DNA of 64,000 nucleotides from Verrucomicrobiales bacterium (GTDB lineage Bacteria; Verrucomicrobiota; Verrucomicrobiia; Verrucomicrobiales; V1-33), in contig JANOAV010000083.1 of assembly GCA_031411295.1 (NCBI GenBank), positions 1 through 64,000 on the forward strand, written 5' to 3'. Numbering within the stretch: position 1 is the stretch's first letter; the number at the start of each line of letters is the position of its first letter. Position numbers and translations under genes: made by a program. Shown here in pieces: positions 9,901 through 18,321 of this stretch. The notes under the pieces were generated by a model. That model was not told the DNA's origin, did no database searches, and worked only from the letters and a program-made list of their open reading frames with translations.

Positions 9901-12900
9901 GTTAACCATCGGCGGGATCGGCTATACGGATGCCAGCGCCAATATCGGAGCCCTAAGGCTTGATGGCAATGCGGTTTGGGCCGGACCTGTCACGGTGGCT
10001 GCTGGGGGAGCGCGGATTGGTTCACACAACAGCACCGGCACCATTTCTGGAAATATCACCGGGGGAAATTTGGAGTTTCATATTACCAACTATAATCTCC
10101 CCTATACCACCATCCTAACCGGCACCAATTCGTATGGCGCCACCACGATCGGTGGCGGCAACACGCAAACCGCAGGCGTTTCGTCCATGCGAGTCAACAT
10201 CGGCAATGGCGGCACGACTGGAACTTTGGGCTCGGGTGCGGTAACGCTGAATGGCGATGGCGCCAATGGCGTGCTGGGCTTCGACCGTTCCGATGGTTAT
10301 ACCCTGCAACAAACCATCACTGGTGGCGGCAGCAATCTGGCGCGCACGTTCATTGATTTCGATACACTGGGGGCGGGTTTCACCCAAAACGGCAAGGCGA
10401 TCACGCTTGGCGTAGCCAGTGCCACGGGCGGCGGTCAGCTCCGGGTGGGACAATCCCGTGCAGGCGCGATCCTAAACGTCGATGGAGCCATGACTGGCAA
10501 CATCCTGCGCAATGGCTCGGCTGTGCTGGCCACGACCAATCTCAATAACGGGGCGGTCGTCAACGTCGCTACCGTGAACACCGCCTTAGCAGCGCCAGCC
10601 AATGGTTCCGCGCTCAATATCAATGCGGGCGCCACCTTGAACGCCAACTATTTCACTGTGGGGGAAGTCGCCAGCGGCAGTGGCGTCGTCACACAATCCG
10701 GCGGCACGGTCAATGTCGCTGGGCAGTTGCGCGTCGGTCATTTCGGCACGGAAACGTCCGTTTACAACTTGAACGGCGGCAGCGTGAATCTGACGGGAGC
10801 CAACTCATTGAATTCTCCCTCCACCGCAGCGGGTGGCGGAGCTGCGGCCAATGGAGATAACAATTTGAACACGTTGGCTGTTGCGGCCATCGTCGGCGGT
10901 GGAATCTATGTGGGCAATGATGGCACCGGGATCTTCAATCACAATGCGGGCGATGTCTCCACCAACTGGGTGGTGTTGGACAACCGCACAGACACCCCCG
11001 CCGGTGCCAATATGCCAACCGGGATTGACCAATACAATCTGAGCAGCGGCACGCTGGCCCTGAAGAGCACCTACGGCTTCATCCAACGGAATGTCTCGGC
11101 TGAATTCAATCTCAGCGGCGGAACGATCAAGGTGGACAACACTGGCAATGGCACCGGCACGGGAGCCAACCTCGCGGTGCCCATCGATGCCCCTATCAAC
11201 ACCAGCAATACTGCCACCTTGGATACCAACGGAGCTACCAATTCCTTCGTGCTCAGCAAGAACCTCAACGGCACTGGCACGGTCACGACGACCGGTAGTG
11301 GCACAATTACTCTGAACCCTAACGCTGGCACGGGCACGGGCCTCCAAGTCATTACCTCGACTCTGGCCGGCACCGCTACGATCAATAAAGCTGGCCTCGG
11401 GACCACCACCGTGGTCAATGCGCAAACCTACACTGGCCCCACGGTTGTCTCTGCGGGTCGGCTAACTTTACCCAGCGCCACGATGGCCACTTCCTCCCTG
11501 GCGGTGGCTGACGGTGCCTCCATCAGCGGTGAACCCACTGTGACCGCCTTAACCTTGGGAGCCACCACTGGAGCAACCCTTGCGGTGAATCCCAATTCCC
11601 CGGGAGCGATCACCACTGGCACGCTCAATCTGAATGGCACCACCACCATTGAGTTCACTGAGGCCCCCGGTCCGCTGGTTACCAGCATCACGCTGGTCAA
11701 TTACACCACCAAGACCGGAACTGGCACTATTCCCGCACCTAACATCAGAGGTGGAACCATTGTGGATAACGGGAGCAGTATCGTGCTCAATCTGACGCGC
11801 GCGAATCTCATCTGGAGTGGAGCCAGTGCAGCATGGGATCTCAACAATACCGCCAACTGGAACGCCAACGCGGACAAATTCTTCGCCTATGACAACGTGA
11901 CCTTTGATGACACCGGCACCACCACTGGAGTCACCCTAACCGGCGTGATCAATCCTACGGGCATTACCGTCAATACCAGCACCAAGGCCTATACCCTTAC
12001 TGGCGTTATTAGTGGCGCGGGCGGCATCAGTAAATCTGGCACCACCAACCTCACCCTGGCTGGAGTCAATACCTTCTCTGGTCCGATCAGTATCACGGGC
12101 GGAGGGATCTCCGTGGCTACCACGGACGGCTTAGGCAACGGTTCTGCCACCAACAACCTAAGCCTGGACGGAGGAAAGCTCATTTCCACCGCCACCATGA
12201 ATCTGGGAGTCAACCGCACGGTGGCCGTGGGGGCCAATGGGGCTACATTTAGCTCTGGGGGCACCGCCGCCGCTTATACCGTAACCATTCCCGGAGCCAT
12301 TTCCGGCTCGGGCAATCTGAATTTCACTGCTGGAAATACGAGTGGTCCTACCTTCGCGCTGACCGGAAGCTTGGCGAATATGACGGGGAACATTAATGTG
12401 GACTCGGTGGGGGCATCGGTTGCCGGGGCCACGACCCTGAATTTGGGGGCCGCTACCGGTTACCTTGCGGGGACCATTACGCTGGCACCATCGGTATTCG
12501 CTGGCCAAGCCACAGGCATCGTTCTCAACGGCCAGACCCTTCCCCCTGCCGTTAATATCGTCATGAATTCGGCCGTTAGCGGAGCTAATTCCTATCGCTC
12601 ACAGATCGTGAGCGGTGTGGCGGGTTCGACCATCAACAGTCCTATTTCTGTAAACGGCACCAACGTCATCCAACTGAGTGCGAACGCTACTACTGGCCTC
12701 ACCTTCAACGGGCCTATCACCGCTGGCGGGGGCGGCTTTACGGGAACCCTCTTTATCCGAGGCACGGGAACCGGCACCATGAACAGCGTGATCACCATGC
12801 CAGGTGCCACTCTCGCCAAGACCGATGCCGCCGTCTGGACGATCAATTCCACCGGCAATTCCTGGGCGACAACCAGCGTGGTTAGTTCGGGCTCTGTTAA

Positions 12901-14608
12901 ATTAGGCATCAGCAATGCACTGCCAATCACTGCCCCGCTATCGATTGGGCAGGCGGATGTGAACAATTCTTTGCTGGATCTGAATGGATTCGATCAGGAA
13001 GTGCCCCGCATGACCCACGTAGTCGGAACCGCAAATAACACGCGCGGCATCGGCAACACTGCGGTTCCGCTTTCCACCCTCACCGTCAACAATGCCACCG
13101 CCAATACCTTCGGCACCACCACTGGCTTTACCGGAGGCGTCCTCCAAGGAAATCTCGGACTGGTGAAAAAGGGTGTGGGCACGCTGACCCTGGGTGGGTT
13201 CAATACCTTTACCGGACCAATCACGGTCAATGAAGGCACCCTGGAAGCCACTGCCAGCAGCACCGTCAACACCAATGGCGGACTCGGCAGCCCGTCCACC
13301 GCTGGCCGGACCATCACGGCCAATGCTGGCACCACGATTAGTCTCACGGCCCCGAATGTGCTCGGCACTGGCGTGGGCAATGCCAACTTGCCTACCACCG
13401 TCGTCAATGCGGCCACGTTAGCCACGACCCGCAACAACGTGCTCGGTGCGCTGGTGCTCAACGCGGGCTTGCTTACTAGCAGCGGTGCAGGCGCGAGTGA
13501 CCTCTGGCAGCTCAAAGGGTCGGTTACCGTCGGTGGGGCCGCTGCTTCCACGATCAGCAATACAGGCGCCTCCGGAATCAACTTGGATGCCAATACCATC
13601 TTCAATGTCAGTGATGCCACCGCTTCGGCAGCTCCAGATCTCATTGTTGCCACGGCTCTGCTGAACCAATCCAGTAACTTCGGCTCCGGCCCTGCCGGAC
13701 TGACGAAGATCGGAGCTGGAACCATGGCTGTAGGGGATGCCAGCATGACCGGCCCCACGGCCGTAAATGGCGGCACGCTCCAAGTAAATGGTGACTACGC
13801 TTCCCCAGTTACGACAGGAGCCGCCGGCACCATCGGCGGCAACGGCACCCTGCAAAGCACGCTGACCGCCAGCACCGCAGGAGCCACCGTCGCGCCCGGT
13901 TCCAGTGTGGGAACCCTCTCGGTCGTTGGAGCCGCAGCCATCACCAACGGTGCCAAGCTTGCCATCGAGATCGATGACACCACGACCCTCAAGGCAGATA
14001 AATTGGCCGCCACCGCCAACCTCGACATCAGCGGAGCCATCCTCCAAGTGACCGTTACTGGCACTGCCGCCCAGACCGCCTACGTCATTGCGAACTATGC
14101 ATCGCTGACCGGCACCTTCGCCTCCACCTCTGGGCTGCCCGCTGGCTACACGATCGATTATGCTTACAATGGAGGAACCGCCATCGCCATTGTCAGTTCC
14201 ACTACCACCCCATATGCCTCTTGGGCCAACGGGTTCGGCCTCAACCCACTCACCGATGGTGCCCCGGCCAACGACTTCGATAAAGATGGTGTTCCCAACA
14301 TCTTGGAATTCCTCTTCGCGAGTGATCCCAAGATCGACAACACAGGCGATGAATTGCCCTCGATTGTAGCGGACGGAGGCAACCTCCTCTTCACCTTCCG
14401 TCGTGCCGACACCGCCGCTTACCTGGCCCCCATTGTCGAGAAATCAACCGACCTCACCATCGGAACGTGGTCCACGGTCAGCACCGGAATCGCCATCGAA
14501 AACGACGGCTTCGGAGCCGGCATCGACAAGATCGTCGTCACCCTCCCCATGACGCCTAACGTCCGCCAGTTCCTCCGCGTCAATGTCCCGATTCCAGCCA
14601 ATCCGTAA
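6911..14608 (+). CDS. giant secreted beta-helical protein with autotransporter-associated beta-strand (PATR) repeats, no beta-barrel
   Basis: 2,565 aa from the ATG at 6911, with a signal peptide and G/T/A/N-rich sequence. Repeated KxGxGxxxLxxxNTxTG motifs, then a C-terminal YASWA...DFDKDGVPNILEF...STDL...W...RQFLR tail. Confidence 0.92.
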   Translation: MKSSSNREIALSIKLLALASLTFPWTRATAAPIFWDGVGGAATDDWAAVANWSLDTDGLTAATAIPGTGDVATFSATTVTTAQTVKLNANRSVAGLDFTLATATTLTGGSAVRVLTLGASGITKNNSGLATIGSATAAENVSLSLSAAQTWSNSDAAAAGVATITVVNGVSLSSAGAKTLTLDGSSLGDNVISGVITNGAGTLKLEKKGAGLWHLGGANTFTGGVDLTAGTLRGVVAGAFGPNTGPGLTITGGNLELRNDAGTTFTGTNTTVLADASVTSNRATAAGTTTTHTLGTLSMGNNTLTTLRGAGITGTTALGNLVFGATLLTGNATFAPQALTTLTLGSVAGSVGSLRKTGTGAMILSSAGTYTGGTTISAGTLQASANDALGTGPVNYPAAGLGRLLILGGVTIPNAVSVDAGITGSTGFGLLSQTGTGQAMVSGVITMAGNTSVGGTLGGGAAVGNELVVLGPINAGGATSMNHRLGRVIYAGGGSYAGTLSVTDTALVGATNGMPTGISLTLGGSASATLDLATVSGGFDQTLAALSLGNTTAASQFIGTVTLGGRTLTLNGNLTTISNSTQNVSHPITATAGGTLAMNGANRNITVADTLHPDDLVISGANLTGTGGVTKAGAGTLVLKDVISSVPLTVSAGTLATSQFAVANAGTLTTTGLNFGSTATTVRVKVGALNDTINGGTVTTGSGIVTLQPVQNGAVLAPGTYPLINYTGTPPNLSQFTLAPFGHATATLVDANSAISLQVTANEGVSWNGTVDGAWNIAATNNWKTTGGSDTNYLEGDSVSFVDNPTGPGGSAVTLATNINPSNVSINNSTVTSYTIAAATAIGITGTTNLSKTGNGTAVLRSVNSYTGSTFIDEGVLELDHDAINNLVLTGTSVVFINTNGTLRLTRDGGAIAFSRTLTGDGTVEINPHSAGTVPTAQAASITGNNVGFSGALKLLSPVGTGTARLSTPTPAQLGSAVITVQPGNQLFVSAATFTNALTIGGIGYTDASANIGALRLDGNAVWAGPVTVAAGGARIGSHNSTGTISGNITGGNLEFHITNYNLPYTTILTGTNSYGATTIGGGNTQTAGVSSMRVNIGNGGTTGTLGSGAVTLNGDGANGVLGFDRSDGYTLQQTITGGGSNLARTFIDFDTLGAGFTQNGKAITLGVASATGGGQLRVGQSRAGAILNVDGAMTGNILRNGSAVLATTNLNNGAVVNVATVNTALAAPANGSALNINAGATLNANYFTVGEVASGSGVVTQSGGTVNVAGQLRVGHFGTETSVYNLNGGSVNLTGANSLNSPSTAAGGGAAANGDNNLNTLAVAAIVGGGIYVGNDGTGIFNHNAGDVSTNWVVLDNRTDTPAGANMPTGIDQYNLSSGTLALKSTYGFIQRNVSAEFNLSGGTIKVDNTGNGTGTGANLAVPIDAPINTSNTATLDTNGATNSFVLSKNLNGTGTVTTTGSGTITLNPNAGTGTGLQVITSTLAGTATINKAGLGTTTVVNAQTYTGPTVVSAGRLTLPSATMATSSLAVADGASISGEPTVTALTLGATTGATLAVNPNSPGAITTGTLNLNGTTTIEFTEAPGPLVTSITLVNYTTKTGTGTIPAPNIRGGTIVDNGSSIVLNLTRANLIWSGASAAWDLNNTANWNANADKFFAYDNVTFDDTGTTTGVTLTGVINPTGITVNTSTKAYTLTGVISGAGGISKSGTTNLTLAGVNTFSGPISITGGGISVATTDGLGNGSATNNLSLDGGKLISTATMNLGVNRTVAVGANGATFSSGGTAAAYTVTIPGAISGSGNLNFTAGNTSGPTFALTGSLANMTGNINVDSVGASVAGATTLNLGAATGYLAGTITLAPSVFAGQATGIVLNGQTLPPAVNIVMNSAVSGANSYRSQIVSGVAGSTINSPISVNGTNVIQLSANATTGLTFNGPITAGGGGFTGTLFIRGTGTGTMNSVITMPGATLAKTDAAVWTINSTGNSWATTSVVSSGSVKLGISNALPITAPLSIGQADVNNSLLDLNGFDQEVPRMTHVVGTANNTRGIGNTAVPLSTLTVNNATANTFGTTTGFTGGVLQGNLGLVKKGVGTLTLGGFNTFTGPITVNEGTLEATASSTVNTNGGLGSPSTAGRTITANAGTTISLTAPNVLGTGVGNANLPTTVVNAATLATTRNNVLGALVLNAGLLTSSGAGASDLWQLKGSVTVGGAAASTISNTGASGINLDANTIFNVSDATASAAPDLIVATALLNQSSNFGSGPAGLTKIGAGTMAVGDASMTGPTAVNGGTLQVNGDYASPVTTGAAGTIGGNGTLQSTLTASTAGATVAPGSSVGTLSVVGAAAITNGAKLAIEIDDTTTLKADKLAATANLDISGAILQVTVTGTAAQTAYVIANYASLTGTFASTSGLPAGYTIDYAYNGGTAIAIVSSTTTPYASWANGFGLNPLTDGAPANDFDKDGVPNILEFLFASDPKIDNTGDELPSIVADGGNLLFTFRRADTAAYLAPIVEKSTDLTIGTWSTVSTGIAIENDGFGAGIDKIVVTLPMTPNVRQFLRVNVPIPANP

Positions 14609-14623
14609 TCCGGCGTGGGGCGG

Positions 14624-15295
14624 TTACGCCACCCCAGCACCACCGTAGCCAGCGATCCCTTCTTTGGCGACGCGAGCGGGATTGCCCACGACCACACAGT
14701 TGCTGGGCACATCCTTCGTGACAACTGCCCCGGCTCCAACAATGGCGTTTTCGCCAATACGGATTTTTGGCAGCACCACTGCCCCTGCTCCGATCAACGT
14801 TCCTTTGCCAATATCCACCAGACTGCCGATGACTGCTCCAGGGCCAATGGAGACGAATTTGGCGAGCCGCGCATGGTGGCCCAGACAGACGCCTCGATTG
14901 ATGAAGACAAACTCTGCCAGTTCGCTCGCTGCGCCCAGACTGCAGCCGACATTAATATACCCACCCTCACCGATCACAAACGAACGCGGGACACGCACGC
15001 TGGGATCGATCAGGGTATGGGCGGTGGCAAACCCTGCGTTCCGTGCTTCCTGAGCCGCCTGCTGGCGGTTTGAGGGCGTGAAGAGCGGCACGAGAAAGGG
15101 CCGCGCAGTGATGTCCGGGGTGAGATTGGCGACATCAACCACCTTCGTCCCATCCAGTAGAAATGAGTCCCCGGCATGATTCCGGATACCGGCCACCAAC
15201 GTTCCGCCAGCGCAAGCCAGGCTTTCTTCGACGTCCACCACGATAGGCGAACCAACCGCATACAGCACGACTTCAGCATGGGGATTCATAGGCAT
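14624..15295 (-). CDS. NeuD/PglD-type sugar acyltransferase (hexapeptide repeat)
   Basis: TLIDPS, hexapeptide repeats IGKGTLIGAGAVVLPKIRIGENAIVGAGAVVTKDVP, and VVGNPAR. Confidence 0.88.
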   Translation of the reverse strand: MPMNPHAEVVLYAVGSPIVVDVEESLACAGGTLVAGIRNHAGDSFLLDGTKVVDVANLTPDITARPFLVPLFTPSNRQQAAQEARNAGFATAHTLIDPSVRVPRSFVIGEGGYINVGCSLGAASELAEFVFINRGVCLGHHARLAKFVSIGPGAVIGSLVDIGKGTLIGAGAVVLPKIRIGENAIVGAGAVVTKDVPSNCVVVGNPARVAKEGIAGYGGAGVA

Positions 15296-15318
15296 TAGGA
15301 TGAGTAACAGGCCGCGTA

Positions 15319-16203
15319 TTAAGGGTTCGTAATCGGATTCCGACCGTAGCCTGCAACCCCACCGGGACGAAGCTGCATCTGGCTGCGAAATTCCGCCGCA
15401 GTCATGAGCGGGCGTTCCAGCAGGGCAGCCAAGGCGTGCGCCCGCTGGACTAGCTCAAGATTGGTCGCCAGTTGCGTGCGGGCGTAGTCGGCATGGAGAT
15501 TGTCTTCCAGCCCAGTGCGGACGCCCCCACCTGCTGCCAAAGCAAGTGCATGGGCCGTGGTTTGGGTTCGACCGATGCCCCCGGCGGCCCAGAGGGAAGG
15601 CTGCGGCAGCCCTGTAGTCATAAGCCCCAGACTGAGCGGGTCGGCTTGCGCCGAGGCGACATTGCCAAGGATAAAGTTGAAGTAAAAGGGCGGGCGAATC
15701 AAGCCTCGATCCGCCAGATAACGGGCGTAGTTCAACATCCCGGTATCGAAGCATTCCAGCTCCGGCATCACGCCACAGATCAACATTTCACGCGCGAGCA
15801 GGGAGACCGTTTCAGGACTATTGACACTGGCCTCCCGACTAAAATTAAGCGAGGAAAGGGTCAGGGAGGCCATGTCTGGTTGCAAGTTCCCCACAAGTCG
15901 TAGCGGGGCAACTCTACCGGCAAACTCCGCATGGATGCGGCCACTGAGCGAAACGCAAATCACCAGTTCTGGATGGTCAGCACGAATGCGGGCGATGATA
16001 TCACCGTAGATAGCAGGGTCCTGGGAAGGCGTGCCGTCCTCCGCGCGAGCATGCAAATGCACCATCGTAATCCCAACCGCGGCGGCAGCCGAGACTTGCT
16101 CAGCGATCTCCACCGGATCCAGCGGCACGTGGGGCGAATCCGCCCGCTGGGGAACCATGCCGGTGGGGGCAAAATTTAGGACATATGGAGCTGGCTGGAG
16201 CAT
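15319..16203 (-). CDS. beta-keto acid cleavage enzyme (BKACE/DUF849, Kce family)
   Basis: APTG, HVPL, VHLHAR (metal-binding HxH), PDMASL, PELECFD and VRTGLEDN motifs. Confidence 0.9.
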   Translation of the reverse strand: MLQPAPYVLNFAPTGMVPQRADSPHVPLDPVEIAEQVSAAAAVGITMVHLHARAEDGTPSQDPAIYGDIIARIRADHPELVICVSLSGRIHAEFAGRVAPLRLVGNLQPDMASLTLSSLNFSREASVNSPETVSLLAREMLICGVMPELECFDTGMLNYARYLADRGLIRPPFYFNFILGNVASAQADPLSLGLMTTGLPQPSLWAAGGIGRTQTTAHALALAAGGGVRTGLEDNLHADYARTQLATNLELVQRAHALAALLERPLMTAAEFRSQMQLRPGGVAGYGRNPITNP

Positions 16204-16278
16204 GCGGGAACTACAAATTAAAGAGGGGAAAGGCTCGTATTCTAATAATTAGGGGGACGCAACGATCCTTTGAGCAAA

Positions 16279-17199
16279 TTAAAGTCCTCGCGCTGCCGTG
16301 AGATTTCCTGGATCGCTCTCCCAAACAGCCTGCCGCGTCTTCTCCCAGCCCGGCAAATTATGTGGCTGTAGGTTCAGCACATCGTCCCGAATTTGCGCAG
16401 TCAGTTGCTGGTGCTTGAGGATGCCTTTGAGGTTCCCCAGAAAGCGTGCGGCACCTGACGGGAGGTCGAGATGTTTGCGATAAATCCAATAGTTGGCTTG
16501 CCGCCAGTCCTGGAACTTGAGGTGGAAGTTCCCCCCGTGGATCCGATACTCCAACGTGGGCTCATCAGTGGGCTCGAGTTGGTAGCGCCTGGACAGGCGC
16601 AGCCAGAGATCATAATCTTCGTAGGGCAGCGATTCGTCGTAACCGCCCAGTTCGAGCAAAACATCGCGGAATAAGGCCACCGAGGGCGCAGGGATGAAGT
16701 TTCCTGCGAGCAGAGTCTCGAAGAGTGGCTGCTGGGGGATCACGGGAGTGGTGCGGTGGCTCTCGATAAATCTAGCTCCCGTGCGCTCCCCGGTGGCGTC
16801 GATCAAGAAGGCATCCCCATAGCCCCCGACGAAGCCCGGGGGCAGCGATTCCATGGTCCGCCGGACCGTCGAAATCCGCTGCGGCAGCAAACGATCATCG
16901 CAGGAGATCCCGCAGAGGCAATCCCCGGTCGCTCGTTGCACAATCTCGTTGAGGGTGGCTGCGAAACCAATATTTCGGTCGTGACGGATGAACTCCACTG
17001 CGATGGCTTTGGCGCGAAGTTTGGCACTGTTGCGCCACAACCAATCGTTAATGATCTCGCCCGATCCATCCGTGGAAGCGTCATCCACGATGATCCATTC
17101 GAAGCCTCCGCAATCCTGATCCGCCACGCTGTCCAGGCACTCCATCACAAATTTCTGATGGTTATAGCAAGTGGAACGAAGGGTGATGGAAGGGCACAT
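16279..17199 (-). CDS. glycosyltransferase family 2
   Basis: CYNH, IIVDDASTD, NIGFAATLN, SCDD, GGYDESL-YEDYDLWLR and YRIH motifs. Confidence 0.9.
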   Translation of the reverse strand: MCPSITLRSTCYNHQKFVMECLDSVADQDCGGFEWIIVDDASTDGSGEIINDWLWRNSAKLRAKAIAVEFIRHDRNIGFAATLNEIVQRATGDCLCGISCDDRLLPQRISTVRRTMESLPPGFVGGYGDAFLIDATGERTGARFIESHRTTPVIPQQPLFETLLAGNFIPAPSVALFRDVLLELGGYDESLPYEDYDLWLRLSRRYQLEPTDEPTLEYRIHGGNFHLKFQDWRQANYWIYRKHLDLPSGAARFLGNLKGILKHQQLTAQIRDDVLNLQPHNLPGWEKTRQAVWESDPGNLTAARGL

Positions 17200-17428
17200 T
17201 TTTTTCTGCTGCCCTCATGGCAGCAATCGATTCAATGCCTTGGCAACCGCCATGTAAAGGCGTTTTTGCAGCAACACGACCTGCGGATCCGAGTGTGGCA
17301 GCAGTCCGCTGGACTGCTGCTGCAAAATGCTGGTCACGCTGAGAATTTCGTCCCGCGTTTTAGCCTAGACGCGGATTGATTTCGATGCGGCCACCGCCAA
17401 AATAAAGCTTAATCCTTTTTCCATCTCC

Positions 17429-18235
17429 ATGAAATTCATCGCCCTCGCCATCCTTTGCTGCACCGCCGTCCTCACGGCTCAGAACCCCACCACCACTGCT
17501 GCTACGAAACCACTCAAGGTCCTGATGGTGACAGGCGGGTGCTGCCATGACTATGAGAAGCAGAAACTGATCCTCGCAGAAGGCATCGGAAGTCGGGCCA
17601 ACGTGGAATTTACGATTGTGCATGAGGAAGGCCCCAAGGGGAAATCCGACAAAGAGCACAAGATCAGCATTTACGAGAAAGCAGATTGGGCCAAGGGCTA
17701 CGATGTCGTGCTGCACAATGAATGCTTCGGCGGAGTGACGGATGTGCCCTTCGTGGAGCGCATCGCCAAGGCCCACCAAGACGGTGTGCCCGCTGTGATG
17801 CTGCATTGCTCCACTCACAGCTATCGTGCCGCCGCCACCGATGAATGGCGCAAGTGTGTCGGTCAGAAAAGCATGAGCCATGAGAAGAATCGCGATCTGC
17901 ACGTCAAGAACATCGCCCCTGAACACGCGGTCATGAAAGGCTTTCCCACCGAGTGGCTGGACGCCAAGGACGAACTCTACAAAAACGAAGTCCTCTATCC
18001 GAATTTCGTCCCCCTGGCCAAAGCCTTTGGCGAAGATACGCAAAAAGATCACAACGTCATTTGGGTGAACACCTACGGCAAAGCCAAAGTCTTCGGCACT
18101 ACGCTGGGCCACGGGAACGAAACGATGAGCGACCCAGTTTACCTTGATCTGGTAACGCGCGGACTGCTCTGGGCCTGCGGCAAACTCGACGATGCCGGCA
18201 AGCCAGTGGAAGGCTACGGACCACCGAAGCAGTAA
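17429..18235 (+). CDS. secreted ThuA-domain protein
   Basis: Signal peptide plus VTGGCCHDY, YDVV, LHC, DELY and TTLGH motifs. Confidence 0.85.
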   Translation: MKFIALAILCCTAVLTAQNPTTTAATKPLKVLMVTGGCCHDYEKQKLILAEGIGSRANVEFTIVHEEGPKGKSDKEHKISIYEKADWAKGYDVVLHNECFGGVTDVPFVERIAKAHQDGVPAVMLHCSTHSYRAAATDEWRKCVGQKSMSHEKNRDLHVKNIAPEHAVMKGFPTEWLDAKDELYKNEVLYPNFVPLAKAFGEDTQKDHNVIWVNTYGKAKVFGTTLGHGNETMSDPVYLDLVTRGLLWACGKLDDAGKPVEGYGPPKQ

Positions 18236-18321
18236 CATTTCGCCCGTCCACCTGCACCCCAGTCGCGCTTGCATCGTATGGGGTGAACTAGGGGGTTGCT
18301 TATCTGGGGGCGTGTCCCTAG

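Noticed and set aside
6646..14412. Many antisense ORFs within the giant gene
   Set aside because: They are shadows of biased codon usage in a repetitive GC-rich CDS.
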